Below the pieces are notes generated by a model. That model worked only from the letters and a program-made list of their open reading frames with translations, had not been told where the DNA came from and did no database searches. Both the position numbers and the translations under genes were made by a program. DNA of 64,000 bases, taken from positions 96,001 through 160,000 of IMG/VR virus record IMGVR_UViG_3300037312_000330. The stretch is one strand, 5' to 3'. This DNA comes from a virus. Taxonomy: Duplodnaviria; Caudoviricetes. How positions within the stretch are numbered: position 1 is the first letter of the stretch; each line of letters opens with the position of its first letter. Below, in pieces: positions 26,423-35,875 of this stretch.

Positions 26423-27350
26423 CATGGAGTTCCACTTCGGAGGTTGGGCCCGTTCTGGTGCCCATTCGGATAAGTGGACAGAGTGGTTCCACCGGACATG
26501 GGTGAGGTGGATGTTGCGTAGCCCTGACAAAGAGAAGTTCTTCTCTCCGATGAACGCCGTCAGAGTGTCGCCCTTCTTCCACTCGGATGACGGCCCCATA
26601 GCTCCCACGCTTTTCGCTGACGCACCATCTGGTAGGTTGGAACTGGAACCGCAGACTGAATGGGACATTAAGGACGCGGAGGCCGGAACGCTCTGGTACT
26701 ATGCACCCACGACGCACAATCTGCAAGTCTATCGCGACGAAGTCGTAGACGTCCGTGACTACATCCTTGGCCTCTTATCTGAGGACGCCAATACCGACAT
26801 CAGCCGTCGTAATTGGACGGACACCGTAAGGGCTTCCAAACACTGGCACGAGGAACAACGCCGTAAACTGGAAGAAGAAATGTGTGTCGCAGCAGAAGCC
26901 GCCAAAGTGCTCGCAGACGCGCAACATCGTGCGGCGGTGCCGGTCGAAGGTATAGATTGGTTCCGCGCACTAGACGAGCCGTTCCAAATAAATGGGCGAA
27001 AGCTGATGCTGGTGCGGCTTGTTAGCGCACGAGCACTCAAGTACGAGTCATATGTTCTGGATCATTGCGTTCACACGTATGGCGAAAGCATTTTCAACGG
27101 AAAGACTATCATCATGTCTGTCCGTGATCTTGAATCCATCGAAACACCTTTAATCACAATCGAGTTCTACTCTGAAGAACTTAAACCTCCCTATCTCATA
27201 CAGATCCGTGGTATCCACAACCACGACGCCAACCAGACCGTCTACGGAATTGAACAGGCCGTTCGACGTTTGGAATTCCCTACTAGATCCATCTGCTCAT
27301 TGGGAAAGTCCGGAGACCTGAGTTTTTATGTGGATCGCAATGCTGGATAA
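26388..27350 (+). CDS. PcfJ-like domain protein
   Basis: L..ES..LDHCV.TY.......I.S.R....P..TIE....QIRG..N C-terminal motif. Confidence 0.75.
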   Translation: MRVFNLESLTTDMEFHFGGWARSGAHSDKWTEWFHRTWVRWMLRSPDKEKFFSPMNAVRVSPFFHSDDGPIAPTLFADAPSGRLELEPQTEWDIKDAEAGTLWYYAPTTHNLQVYRDEVVDVRDYILGLLSEDANTDISRRNWTDTVRASKHWHEEQRRKLEEEMCVAAEAAKVLADAQHRAAVPVEGIDWFRALDEPFQINGRKLMLVRLVSARALKYESYVLDHCVHTYGESIFNGKTIIMSVRDLESIETPLITIEFYSEELKPPYLIQIRGIHNHDANQTVYGIEQAVRRLEFPTRSICSLGKSGDLSFYVDRNAG

Positions 27351-27460
27351 TCTGGATATTGTGAGTGAAATCAAAGCTGTAAATAAGTGGTGGATGTACC
27401 GCTGGTAATTATTCCGACGGTCACCATCAACTTGTTGCAACAAATTGGAGTTTCACTCAA

Positions 27461-28288
27461 ATGGCAAAATCGAAGAACGAAGAGAAGAAGGTCAAGAAGT
27501 CGAAGGCTGGCAAGCGTGGTCCTGGTCGTCCTCCGAAGGCTGAAGGAAAGCGCGGTCCGGGTCGTCCGCGTAAGGGTGAAGAGAAAGCTGCGAAGCGTGG
27601 CCCCAAGGCTGGTAAGAGCAGTGCTGGTCGTCCGCCCAAGAATCGCAGTCTGACTGCAGAAGGTTATCGCGTCACGGTGTTCGGCAGCGTCCTTCGCGAA
27701 CTGAAGGGCAAGGTCACTGGTCAAAAGAATGGCGTGGTCACCATCGCCCATCCCGTCGGCAAGCACGTAGTCCAAACGGAGGTCATCGAGAGCAATGTTG
27801 GAATGAAGCTGCCGGACGGTCGCATCTTTGTTGGCGGTTCGCAGATCGTTGGTGAGTTCGTGGCACAATCCTACGAAGTTGACGGCAACATCACAACCTT
27901 TGTGACCGAGAAGGGTAACGTGGTGGTAAACACCGCGATGTTCGGAACAGAAATCCTGTCGCTGGTCGAAGCTGAAACTGAAGACGGCGACGATGAAGAA
28001 GAAGCACCGAAGTCGAAGAAGAACAAGAAGACTGCCAAGAAGGGTGGAAAGAAGTCCAAGGACGAGGACGAAGACGACGATGAGGACGGCGACGACGAAG
28101 AAGGGGATCTCGAAGTCCTAGACGAAGATGGCGATGACGACAGCGACGACGAAGACGGCGATGAAGACGGCGATGAAGACGGCGATGAAGATGGCGACGA
28201 CGACGGTGAGGACGACGGCGATGACGATGACGACGGCGATGACGACGACGAATCGTCCGACGATGAAGGCGGTGATTGGAATATCTAA
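27461..28288 (+). CDS. AT-hook protein with long acidic tail (HMGA-like architecture)
   Basis: KRGPGRPPK, KRGPGRPRK, AGRPPK; beta-rich core; about 70-aa D/E tail ending GGDWNI. Confidence 0.7.
   Translation: MAKSKNEEKKVKKSKAGKRGPGRPPKAEGKRGPGRPRKGEEKAAKRGPKAGKSSAGRPPKNRSLTAEGYRVTVFGSVLRELKGKVTGQKNGVVTIAHPVGKHVVQTEVIESNVGMKLPDGRIFVGGSQIVGEFVAQSYEVDGNITTFVTEKGNVVVNTAMFGTEILSLVEAETEDGDDEEEAPKSKKNKKTAKKGGKKSKDEDEDDDEDGDDEEGDLEVLDEDGDDDSDDEDGDEDGDEDGDEDGDDDGEDDGDDDDDGDDDDESSDDEGGDWNI
28151..28197 (+). repeat. 12-bp coding tandem repeat GAAGACGGCGAT (EDGD)n
   Basis: Three exact plus one imperfect unit within acidic tail. Confidence 0.85.
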
Positions 28289-28297
28289 CCATTGAAC

Positions 28298-28322
28298 AAG
28301 GAGGGCCGTGTGCCCTCCTTTC
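28298..28322 (+). terminator. hairpin terminator
   Basis: AAGGAGGGC / GCCCTCCTT then TT. Confidence 0.65.
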
Positions 28323-28333
28323 AAGGAGCAAGA

Positions 28334-28951
28334 ATGCCAGTGCAAGAGCAGAAGGCCGCTCCGAAGGTGCATCGAGTTTCAAAGCCCGAAGCCGCCAAAA
28401 AAGCGGAGGCAAAGACGCCAGAAGCATCTGAGGACACGGCTCCAGTAGCCACTTCCGTACCACTTGACAAAGTGGTCGCGGAGGAACCGTCCGTAACCGA
28501 GGATAGTTTGGAAGATATCGACCTCGAAGAAGACGAGGAAGATCAATCAACGGTCGACGACGAAGACGATGATTCAGATCTTTCTCTGTTGGAAGATGGG
28601 CAGTCGCCGCCTACTAAGAAGGTAGTGGCTGCATCTGAAGAACCAGAAGAAGCCTTCCTTGAAGTCTACAGTGAGAACTGTCTGTCGTGTAAATCGTTGA
28701 TTCCATTTGCCACCAAGCGACACAAGGGGTGTCACTTTAGTGCTGGGAACAAGAGCTGTCCCGCTGTTGCTACGCAGATCGTGATCCGAGTTCCTCTCGA
28801 GGACATCGTGCCACGCTTCATGGCTGCTGAGAAAGCTCATGACTTCTCTAGACTAGCCCGTCTGAACGCCAAGTTGGCTGAGAAGCCTGATTGGTATCAG
28901 GAGAGAGTGGCACAGGCGCTTAACGAAGCACGGATCAAAAACAAAACCTGA
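28334..28951 (+). CDS. acidic protein with Cys cluster
   Basis: ATG 28334 after AAGGAG; CLSC..CH..CP. Confidence 0.75.
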   Translation: MPVQEQKAAPKVHRVSKPEAAKKAEAKTPEASEDTAPVATSVPLDKVVAEEPSVTEDSLEDIDLEEDEEDQSTVDDEDDDSDLSLLEDGQSPPTKKVVAASEEPEEAFLEVYSENCLSCKSLIPFATKRHKGCHFSAGNKSCPAVATQIVIRVPLEDIVPRFMAAEKAHDFSRLARLNAKLAEKPDWYQERVAQALNEARIKNKT

Positions 28952-28999
28952 TTTCTGTTCCATTCGCGGGGCCCAGTGCCCCGCACTTGTCTATTGGAT

Positions 29000-29428
29000 A
29001 TGAAACAAAGAACAAGCCTAACCTTGGTCCGCAATGTCGGACTGCTGTATCCTCATAAGGACGCTGACTACGACGTCCTATCCGGGATGGGTATACCGCT
29101 CAACAACCTGAGCTCGGACTTCAGCCCAACTTTGCTCACTTACCTTTCCTCCGCTGCCAAAGTGACGGTTCTCAAGTTCGATCATCTAGAAGCTGAGATG
29201 CTTGAACGGTTCCGCGCCAAGTGGGATCACGATGTGTCCATCACGAACAAGGCAGTCATCCTCGAATACCCCAAGACTGTACGCCACTCTCACTTGGAGA
29301 AGGCGCTAGTCAGCCTCAAGAAGTGGTATCGCAACCACTTCATCACACTCGAAGCCACCGAGAAGCGAGCTGGAAAGAATCGCAAGACTATCCTCGCGAA
29401 GACCCTCACGCCACGGAAGGAACTCTGA
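29000..29428 (+). CDS. hypothetical protein
   Basis: In ORF 28976..29428. Confidence 0.7.
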   Translation: MKQRTSLTLVRNVGLLYPHKDADYDVLSGMGIPLNNLSSDFSPTLLTYLSSAAKVTVLKFDHLEAEMLERFRAKWDHDVSITNKAVILEYPKTVRHSHLEKALVSLKKWYRNHFITLEATEKRAGKNRKTILAKTLTPRKEL

Positions 29429-29429
29429 C

Positions 29430-29624
29430 ATGGACAAGTGGTATGTCTTCGGGTGCCTCATGTGTATCTGCTACAATGGCACGAAGCAAGATCGTGAGAC
29501 AGCATATCTGTTAGAAGCTAGATACGCTCCTAACAACACCAAGCAATCTGTGCGAACGGCCTATTGGCAAGGACGCACTGACATGGCTGTGATGATGTCG
29601 CTCCGCAGGAGGAAACATGTCTAA
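29430..29624 (+). CDS. hypothetical protein
   Basis: SD AAGGA. Confidence 0.6.
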   Translation: MDKWYVFGCLMCICYNGTKQDRETAYLLEARYAPNNTKQSVRTAYWQGRTDMAVMMSLRRRKHV

Positions 29625-30069
29625 GAGAAAGAGTCAACTTATCCTCAACAGGTACGGTTTGCGTTTGCATGCGCGCGAAGATCGTCCGCCGCGAGAAGGT
29701 GATGTCATCACACGCGAGACTGTACTGACGGAGTTTCCGTCCGGCGTTCCTATGGGTCAATTGTTGCGAGCGGGCCAGCGTTGGTATGAAGATAATTGCA
29801 ACTTCTACGATGAGATCAACGTGCGAACTACCGATGGCAAACTTGCCATCGTAGGAGTCGAGCAAGTATATCCTGTGGCGGAGGAAGATCCTGACTACTG
29901 GCGCGGTCTGTTCTACTCGTGGATCGCCTCAGAATGCGGTGAGGAGATCGATACCAGCGAGACCCTGAAAGACTTGAGAACACGCAAGAAGAAGGACTAC
30001 AGCCGGGAAACCGACGAGAGCTTTCAACTTGGCCAAGAACACATGAATCTCTACATCGAGGAGTGGTAG
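29617..30069 (+). CDS. hypothetical protein
   Basis: SD AGGAGG. Confidence 0.75.
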   Translation: MSKRKSQLILNRYGLRLHAREDRPPREGDVITRETVLTEFPSGVPMGQLLRAGQRWYEDNCNFYDEINVRTTDGKLAIVGVEQVYPVAEEDPDYWRGLFYSWIASECGEEIDTSETLKDLRTRKKKDYSRETDESFQLGQEHMNLYIEEW

Positions 30070-30554
30070 TGGGCAAGCACTTTTCAGAGAAGCAACGCAA
30101 CCTGCCTCCATCACAACGCACGTACTCCAAGCACATGAAGGTGCCGGAAGGCTGTGTGGACGTGTGGCGTATCAACGTGGTGGACACCAGCGGCAATGTC
30201 AGTATCTATGCACAGTATCGGGAACGCGATGTGTGTATGAGAGTTGCTGACTCGGTGTTCCTAACGAGAGTGTTCAAAACCAGAGCAGTAGGTGGCAACT
30301 TGAAAAGGATCTTCAATCCCGGGAACAGTCCACTGTATCACATCTACGTGGAACACAAGGCAGCGATCCAAATCGGTGAGAAGTTTCACATTGTGAACAT
30401 CCCGAGCTTCCGCTTCTCTGTAGTGCCTGAAGAGGCTACTGATCCAGACCCAGATCACAAGCAATGGCTTGCAGAATTCGAAGGTATGCCACTGGCCTCT
30501 GATCATGGCGAAGCAATTCACAACGAAATCAACTACAAGAGAGCTGACGAATGA
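30063..30554 (+). CDS. hypothetical protein
   Basis: GTG start after GAGGAG. Confidence 0.7.
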   Translation: MVVGKHFSEKQRNLPPSQRTYSKHMKVPEGCVDVWRINVVDTSGNVSIYAQYRERDVCMRVADSVFLTRVFKTRAVGGNLKRIFNPGNSPLYHIYVEHKAAIQIGEKFHIVNIPSFRFSVVPEEATDPDPDHKQWLAEFEGMPLASDHGEAIHNEINYKRADE

Positions 30555-30796
30555 ACCTTATCATGCTGGTGCAAGACGAACACAAGCCCATTCCTGACAA
30601 CATCAAGGTAATCTGGAACTTTGGGCGCGAACACATCCGAAGTAACGATGGACGCTCATACTGTGGTGAGTCCACATACCTGCAAGGTGAGCCGCAGGCA
30701 TTCAAGGAGTGGCTTCGGCCATTCGACGGCTTCTGGGTGTCGAACAACCCGATGGTTGGTGATTGGCACATCGAGCACGTGAGGGAAGAAGCATGA
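30551..30796 (+). CDS. hypothetical protein
   Basis: ATGA overlap. Confidence 0.7.
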   Translation: MNLIMLVQDEHKPIPDNIKVIWNFGREHIRSNDGRSYCGESTYLQGEPQAFKEWLRPFDGFWVSNNPMVGDWHIEHVREEA

Positions 30797-31128
30797 GCGA
30801 CAATCCCACCGATCACAACACCGGAAGGGGTCTCATGGAAAAGGCCGAGCTACACATGGCTAATGCCTATGATCTCTTCAGTGGACACGGCGTGGAATGT
30901 GCTCTGCGGGGGCCGTCTCCAGTCAACAACATCCTGGAGCTCGAACTAAAGGGCGAAGGAAAAGTCGTTGTCTTGATGTGTTCTCCCTATGGGCAGTACA
31001 CGGTTGCAGAGATCATGCATGGCGATGGACAGATGTTCAACAGGATGCCGGCACTGCACGCGGACATCTTCCAAGCCATTCACACGGCTTCTTTTTACTT
31101 GGGTCTTCAAGAGCACCTTCCAGACTAG
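30793..31128 (+). CDS. hypothetical protein
   Basis: ATGA overlap. Confidence 0.7.
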   Translation: MSDNPTDHNTGRGLMEKAELHMANAYDLFSGHGVECALRGPSPVNNILELELKGEGKVVVLMCSPYGQYTVAEIMHGDGQMFNRMPALHADIFQAIHTASFYLGLQEHLPD

Positions 31129-31137
31129 GAGACAACA

Positions 31138-31287
31138 ATGTTGGTGTGGAGGAGACTAGTCTGCGCACTGTTCGGCCACTTTGATCCGGTGGAGCTAGGG
31201 CACGACAACATAAGAACACGCTGGCGCAAACAGCAGCACTTGACTCACTGTCGCTCTTGCGACAAAATCTTTTGGAAATCCCAATGA
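31138..31287 (+). CDS. 49-aa protein with C.LFGH...CxxC motif
   Basis: MLVWRRLVCALFGH...HCRSC; SD AGGAG. Confidence 0.55.
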   Translation: MLVWRRLVCALFGHFDPVELGHDNIRTRWRKQQHLTHCRSCDKIFWKSQ

Positions 31288-31403
31288 ACTTATGGATCAT
31301 AAGTGCCCAGGAAGATTCTGGAGAAGATAGCGCAATGAAAGAGCTTTCCAGATACTGCAAGTGCGTCGTGTGGGAACTGCCGGTGTTTGCACAGCGCCGA
31401 TAA
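31284..31403 (+). CDS. 39-aa hypothetical protein
   Basis: ATGA overlap. Confidence 0.4.
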   Translation: MNLWIISAQEDSGEDSAMKELSRYCKCVVWELPVFAQRR

Positions 31404-31442
31404 GAAGTTGTTTGTTCAATAAACTGAATCTGAAAGATACCA

Positions 31443-33515
31443 ATGAACTTCATGCACCTTAAGACCGCTGTCGCCAAACAATGGGAGCGGATGCAAAAGT
31501 ACCCGATGTTCCGAGTCGACGTGGAGAAGGACGAACTTTGGGAAACGTACATCAACGGTTTCCGTTCTGGGGACAATCCGGAGTACCGCAAACGCACTGA
31601 ACACGACTGCTCCTGCTGCAAGCAATTCATTCGAACGATTGGTGGCACCGTTGCCATCATTGACGATAAATTGGTTAGCGTCTGGGACGTAACCACCGAA
31701 GAAGAAGGCTACAATGTCGTCGCGAAGAAGCTTGCCAAGTTGGTGAAGAGCAAGCCCATCAAGGATCCCTTCCTGCACTACGAGCGCACGGCAGGCACCG
31801 ACCGCAACTTCGAGGAAGTGACAGGTGAACGTCCGAAGACCTGGAACCACTTCTTCGTCAACGTCGACAGCAAGTTCGTGGCTCCGAAGGCGAACATTCC
31901 AACACGTCTGGGCGAAGAACGTTCCACCAAGGACGTCTTCCTGCGTAGCCTGCGTGAGATCGATGCCGACGCCGTGCAGACGGTGCTGGACCTGATCGCG
32001 CAGAACTCGCTGTATCGTGGCGCCGAGTACGGGGTAGCCGTCGAGGCGTTCCAGAAGATGCAGAAGCAGTTCCATGCTCTCAGCGTCGCTGACGAGGACA
32101 ACTTTGCATGGACGAACTACAACGGCACGTTCAAGACGGCGGCTCGCATTCGCAACACGGCGATCGGCACGTTGCTGGTGGATCTGAGTGGTTCGCCGGC
32201 CACTGTCGAGAGCGCGGCGAAGGCTCCGCTAGATCTAGAAGCCGCAGTGCGCAAGTACGAGGTCGTGGTGGCTCCATCCAACTATCGTCGCACCACGGCT
32301 CTCGTGACGCCGGCGATGATCAAGAAGGCCAAGGAGAAGGTTGCCGAACTTGGACTGACATCGGCTCTGGAGCGTCGCTACGCCACGATCCACGACATCT
32401 CGATCAACAACATCTTGTTCGCTGACCGAGCTGCACGCAAGGTCATTAACGGTGATGCGTTCGACGATCTGCTGGCTGTCACTAGCAGCCGCGTGTCGAG
32501 CAAGGCGCTGGACAAGATCGAGGAAGTGCCGATCGAGAAATTCCTCAAAGACATCGTGCCGCGCATCGACAGCATGGAAGTGCTGGTCGAGAATCATCAC
32601 AAGGCGAACCTTGTCAGTCTCGTGGCGCCGCAGGACGCAACTGCCAAGCCACTGTTCAAATGGGACAATCGCTTCAGTTGGTCGTACAACGGCGAAGTGG
32701 CCGATGCGATCAAGGAACGTGTGAAGAAGGCTGGAGGCAATGTCGAGGGTGACTTGTGCTGCCGTCTCGCATGGTCCAATTACGACGACCTCGACTTCCA
32801 TATGATCGAACCTGACGGGTACGAGATCAGCTTCCGCACTCGTGGCAGTGTCTCTCGCTGTGGGGGACAACTGGACGTAGACATGAATGCTGGTCGTGGC
32901 CAGACGCGGGAGCCCGTGGAGAACATCTTCTACGGAAACCGACGCACCATGAAGGAAGGCAACTACCACCTGTTCGTGCATCAATACGCCAAGCGTGAGA
33001 CCAAGGATGTCGGCTTCACGGTGCAGTTCGACTTCCTCGGCAAAGTCACGCAATTCACATACGACAAGGCAGTGCCGGACAATGCGAAGATCACTGTGGT
33101 GAAGTTCAAGTACACTCACAAGGAAGGTATCCAGATCATCGAATCCTTGCCTGCTGGCAACGATCCGTCGGCACCTGGAAGCGTGGTTTGGGGAATTCCG
33201 ACACAGACTTACCACAAGGTCAATGTCATGATGCTGAGCCCCAACTTCTGGGATGAGAAGGAGGTGGGGAACAAGCACTACTTCTTCATGCTGGATGGAT
33301 GCAAGAACGACGGCACGGCGCGGGGCTTCTTCAACGAGTTCCTGCGCAGTGACCTCGACCAACACCGCAAGGTGATGGAAATGGTGGGTAGCAAGATGCT
33401 TCTCGAGAACGCTGACGAACAAATTAGCGGCCTCGGCTTCTCTTCTACTCTCCGCAACACCCTCGTGGCCCGGGTCAATGGCTCATTCACTCGCACGATC
33501 AAAATCGTGTTCTAA
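31443..33515 (+). CDS. 690-aa conserved phage protein with N-terminal HDCSCC motif and C-terminal YfaP/DUF2135-like domain
   Basis: DDLDFHMIEPDG..GGQLDVDMN..PVENIFY resembles YfaP/DUF2135; strong codon bias. Confidence 0.7.
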   Translation: MNFMHLKTAVAKQWERMQKYPMFRVDVEKDELWETYINGFRSGDNPEYRKRTEHDCSCCKQFIRTIGGTVAIIDDKLVSVWDVTTEEEGYNVVAKKLAKLVKSKPIKDPFLHYERTAGTDRNFEEVTGERPKTWNHFFVNVDSKFVAPKANIPTRLGEERSTKDVFLRSLREIDADAVQTVLDLIAQNSLYRGAEYGVAVEAFQKMQKQFHALSVADEDNFAWTNYNGTFKTAARIRNTAIGTLLVDLSGSPATVESAAKAPLDLEAAVRKYEVVVAPSNYRRTTALVTPAMIKKAKEKVAELGLTSALERRYATIHDISINNILFADRAARKVINGDAFDDLLAVTSSRVSSKALDKIEEVPIEKFLKDIVPRIDSMEVLVENHHKANLVSLVAPQDATAKPLFKWDNRFSWSYNGEVADAIKERVKKAGGNVEGDLCCRLAWSNYDDLDFHMIEPDGYEISFRTRGSVSRCGGQLDVDMNAGRGQTREPVENIFYGNRRTMKEGNYHLFVHQYAKRETKDVGFTVQFDFLGKVTQFTYDKAVPDNAKITVVKFKYTHKEGIQIIESLPAGNDPSAPGSVVWGIPTQTYHKVNVMMLSPNFWDEKEVGNKHYFFMLDGCKNDGTARGFFNEFLRSDLDQHRKVMEMVGSKMLLENADEQISGLGFSSTLRNTLVARVNGSFTRTIKIVF

Positions 33516-33530
33516 CTTGAAAGGTAAACA

Positions 33531-33950
33531 ATGGACCAGAACATCAACATCTTCGAACAGGCCTCCCGTCTGGCGCTGCGTTTCGATTCCCCGAAGGGCA
33601 AGCTGTCTGTTGAGGATCTGTGGAACCTGCCGCTGCAGTCCACCAACAAGGACAAGGCCAACCTCGACGACATCGCGATCGCGCTGAACGAGCAGAACAA
33701 GACGGCCGCGCAGACCCTCTCGTTCGTCTCGCCGACGACCTCCTCGAAGGAGAACGCCGAAGTGTCGCTGAAGTTCGAGATCGTAAAGTACATCATCGGC
33801 GTCAAGGTGCGCGAGCGTGACATCGCGGCCCAGGAAAAGGAACGCGCCGAAAAGAAGCAGGAGCTGCTGGCGGCGCTGGAGCGTGCGGAGAACCGTGCGC
33901 TGGACGCCAAGTCGCCGGAAGAACTCCGCGCGATGATCGCGGCGATGTAA
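33531..33950 (+). CDS. conserved phage helical protein (RF.SPKG.LSVEDLW.LPL motif)
   Basis: Motif recalled from phage genes that follow the 690-aa family; SD AAAGG. Confidence 0.8.
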   Translation: MDQNINIFEQASRLALRFDSPKGKLSVEDLWNLPLQSTNKDKANLDDIAIALNEQNKTAAQTLSFVSPTTSSKENAEVSLKFEIVKYIIGVKVRERDIAAQEKERAEKKQELLAALERAENRALDAKSPEELRAMIAAM

Positions 33951-33957
33951 GTCGCAT

Positions 33958-33977
33958 GGGTGGCCTTCGGGCCACCC
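33958..33977 (+). terminator. UUCG-loop terminator
   Basis: GGGTGGCC-TTCG-GGCCACCC. Confidence 0.75.
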
Positions 33978-33984
33978 CTTCACC

Positions 33985-34170
33985 ATGATCTTCTGGTCTG
34001 AAGAACAACAGTCATGGATGTGAGACCGGTGGAACTGCGGTAACGCTACGCCCCTGCGGTCTTGGACTGCAGTCCATCTCCACTTCAGCAACGGTGATCC
34101 AGTTCGTGAGGAGGACCTTCCTCGTCTCGAACAAGCCAAGTTGGCACTGGAAGCAGAGAGGTATAAATAG
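33985..34170 (+). pseudogene. 61-codon frame interrupted by in-frame TGA at 34021-23
   Basis: MIFWSEEQQSWM*DRWNCGN...ALEAERYK*; no SD. Confidence 0.35.
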
Positions 34171-34175
34171 GTTGT

Positions 34176-34403
34176 ATGGACAAACCACTCCTGAGCGCTG
34201 ACAAGATTCAGCTTGCGGACATCATCAACGACTTCCGCTACAACACGAAGCCTACGGACATGAGTCCGCCGAACATGAAGCAGGAACAGTTGACAATTCG
34301 CAACTTGGCCATCATCGATCTGACAAACAAGATCGCCAGCGAGATGGCTCCGGAAGACAGAGAGAAATTCCTGGAAAGAGCACTTGCGAGGAGAGGCGAG
34401 TGA
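34176..34403 (+). CDS. hypothetical protein
   Basis: ORF track. Confidence 0.65.
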   Translation: MDKPLLSADKIQLADIINDFRYNTKPTDMSPPNMKQEQLTIRNLAIIDLTNKIASEMAPEDREKFLERALARRGE

Positions 34404-34648
34404 CACATCTAATGTCCGCCCTAGAAATGCGTTCTGCTATGCGTCTTCCAGATGGTCCGAACGCCGGGCGCGTCCGATTGTTTGCTGAAGCACAAAAGCG
34501 TGCTCTCGAGCAGAAAGTGTATGAGATGCACCTCAACTTTGCCGAGTTCGGTTACTCCTGGAACGATGTCCAATGGATCCAGGACTTAGGATTTACCCTC
34601 AACCGAAATGGCGCGTGTTTGTGGTGGGAGGTAACATGGAACGAATGA
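34400..34648 (+). CDS. hypothetical protein
   Basis: GTGA overlap. Confidence 0.6.
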   Translation: MTHLMSALEMRSAMRLPDGPNAGRVRLFAEAQKRALEQKVYEMHLNFAEFGYSWNDVQWIQDLGFTLNRNGACLWWEVTWNE

Positions 34649-34687
34649 CAAAGCAATGGCCATTCATCAGCACTGCCTTCCGAAAGG

Positions 34688-34939
34688 ATGAGGATGAAAG
34701 AACAGAGTGTCACTACGAACATCAAGGAATCGTACGAGCAACTGCGTGCTATGGTGGAGAGGCTCGACATCAAGATCGTGACAGCAACACAGCATCCTCG
34801 TCCGGATCCCGTGTGGCACCATCCACGTCGCACATCTCTTCGTCATGAATACGAAGCGGAGATGAGGCGTCTGTATCCCGGTTGGGAATCCCCGCCTAAC
34901 GATATCCTCATCATTGACTACATCACACTTCTACCATGA
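34688..34939 (+). CDS. hypothetical protein
   Basis: ORF track. Confidence 0.6.
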   Translation: MRMKEQSVTTNIKESYEQLRAMVERLDIKIVTATQHPRPDPVWHHPRRTSLRHEYEAEMRRLYPGWESPPNDILIIDYITLLP

Positions 34940-35283
34940 GCGACAACACGTTTGAAGACCCCAAGTACTCTTGGGAGTCTGGCTATCAACCTTACTGCCT
35001 CCGCTGCAACACAATGTATCGCATGCGACGCAACGACGACGGATGGAAGTGCCAAGGACGTCGGTGTGGTCTGCAGATCACCAAGAGTGGTGAGAGTGTG
35101 CCCGACGGCAAGAAAGGCCCGATAGACAACTTCGCAGACAACATGCGTGGACGGTCGATCATCGACAGCATGATCGAGAATCGCTATTCGGAAGTTGGCC
35201 CGTCGGACGATCCGTTGGAAGAGGTCCGTCGCATTCAGGAAGCAGGTGAACTACTGCGTGGTGTCTTGTCAAAAGGAAAATGA
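34936..35283 (+). CDS. zinc-ribbon protein
   Basis: CLRC...CQGRRC. Confidence 0.65.
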   Translation: MSDNTFEDPKYSWESGYQPYCLRCNTMYRMRRNDDGWKCQGRRCGLQITKSGESVPDGKKGPIDNFADNMRGRSIIDSMIENRYSEVGPSDDPLEEVRRIQEAGELLRGVLSKGK

Positions 35284-35456
35284 TGGAGTTCCACGAACGA
35301 CCTGACTGGTGGTTGCACCACGCAGTGGATAGCTATCTACGCGCGGAGTTCGCAGCTACCGATGAACACGTGTCCACGGTTTGGGCACATCGCATGTGGT
35401 TCGAACTGCTGATGTGGGCAGCAGAGGAGCCAGTTGTATGGCAGGAGTGGTGGTGA
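35280..35456 (+). CDS. 58-aa Trp-rich protein
   Basis: MMEFHERPDWW...VWQEWW; overlaps both neighbours. Confidence 0.55.
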   Translation: MMEFHERPDWWLHHAVDSYLRAEFAATDEHVSTVWAHRMWFELLMWAAEEPVVWQEWW

Positions 35457-35659
35457 TGGACAAGAAACAAGCTGAAGATGAAGCGTCTGCCGTCAGTAGG
35501 TGGCAGAAAACAGTGGGACGGGCTCTCAAGTGCGATTGGTGCAACGGCAGTGGTCGTCAATACGCGCCGATTTACGACGACCCGGCTCTGGGGTACACGG
35601 AAAACGGTCCGTGTACGTGGTGTAACGGTACTGGCAAGGACATGACGAAAGTCTTCTGA
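35456..35659 (+). CDS. DnaJ-type CxxCxGxG zinc-finger protein
   Basis: CDWCNGSG and CTWCNGTG. Confidence 0.7.
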   Translation: MDKKQAEDEASAVSRWQKTVGRALKCDWCNGSGRQYAPIYDDPALGYTENGPCTWCNGTGKDMTKVF

Positions 35660-35661
35660 TC

Positions 35662-35874
35662 ATGGAACAGGTACGAATCACAAGGCCGTGGCCTTTCAGG
35701 TCTACGGACCAGCGTCTTGCATCGCAACAACAGGCGTTCGACAACTGCACGGCGCGTGGATACCGACCAAGTTCACTTCCTCCACAGTGTGCTTATCCCT
35801 TCTGCGAACCGCCCGAGTGCTGCGGCAATCCGCCGCCACGCAGACCTGATCCCTTCGATGGGACGGAGTGCTGA
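35662..35874 (+). CDS. small Cys/Pro-rich protein
   Basis: ORF track. Confidence 0.5.
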   Translation: MEQVRITRPWPFRSTDQRLASQQQAFDNCTARGYRPSSLPPQCAYPFCEPPECCGNPPPRRPDPFDGTEC

Positions 35875-35875
35875 C

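Noticed and set aside
32235-33422. Long antisense ORFs (also 15441..16379, 21270..22244, 40780..41739, 51072..52079 and others)
   Set aside because: They shadow well-supported + strand genes; strong third-position C/G bias removes antisense stops; no motifs or SD
34162-34170. Exact T4 late promoter TATAAATA
   Set aside because: Explained as the Tyr-Lys-stop codons of the interrupted frame 33985..34170; only 6 nt from the next ATG
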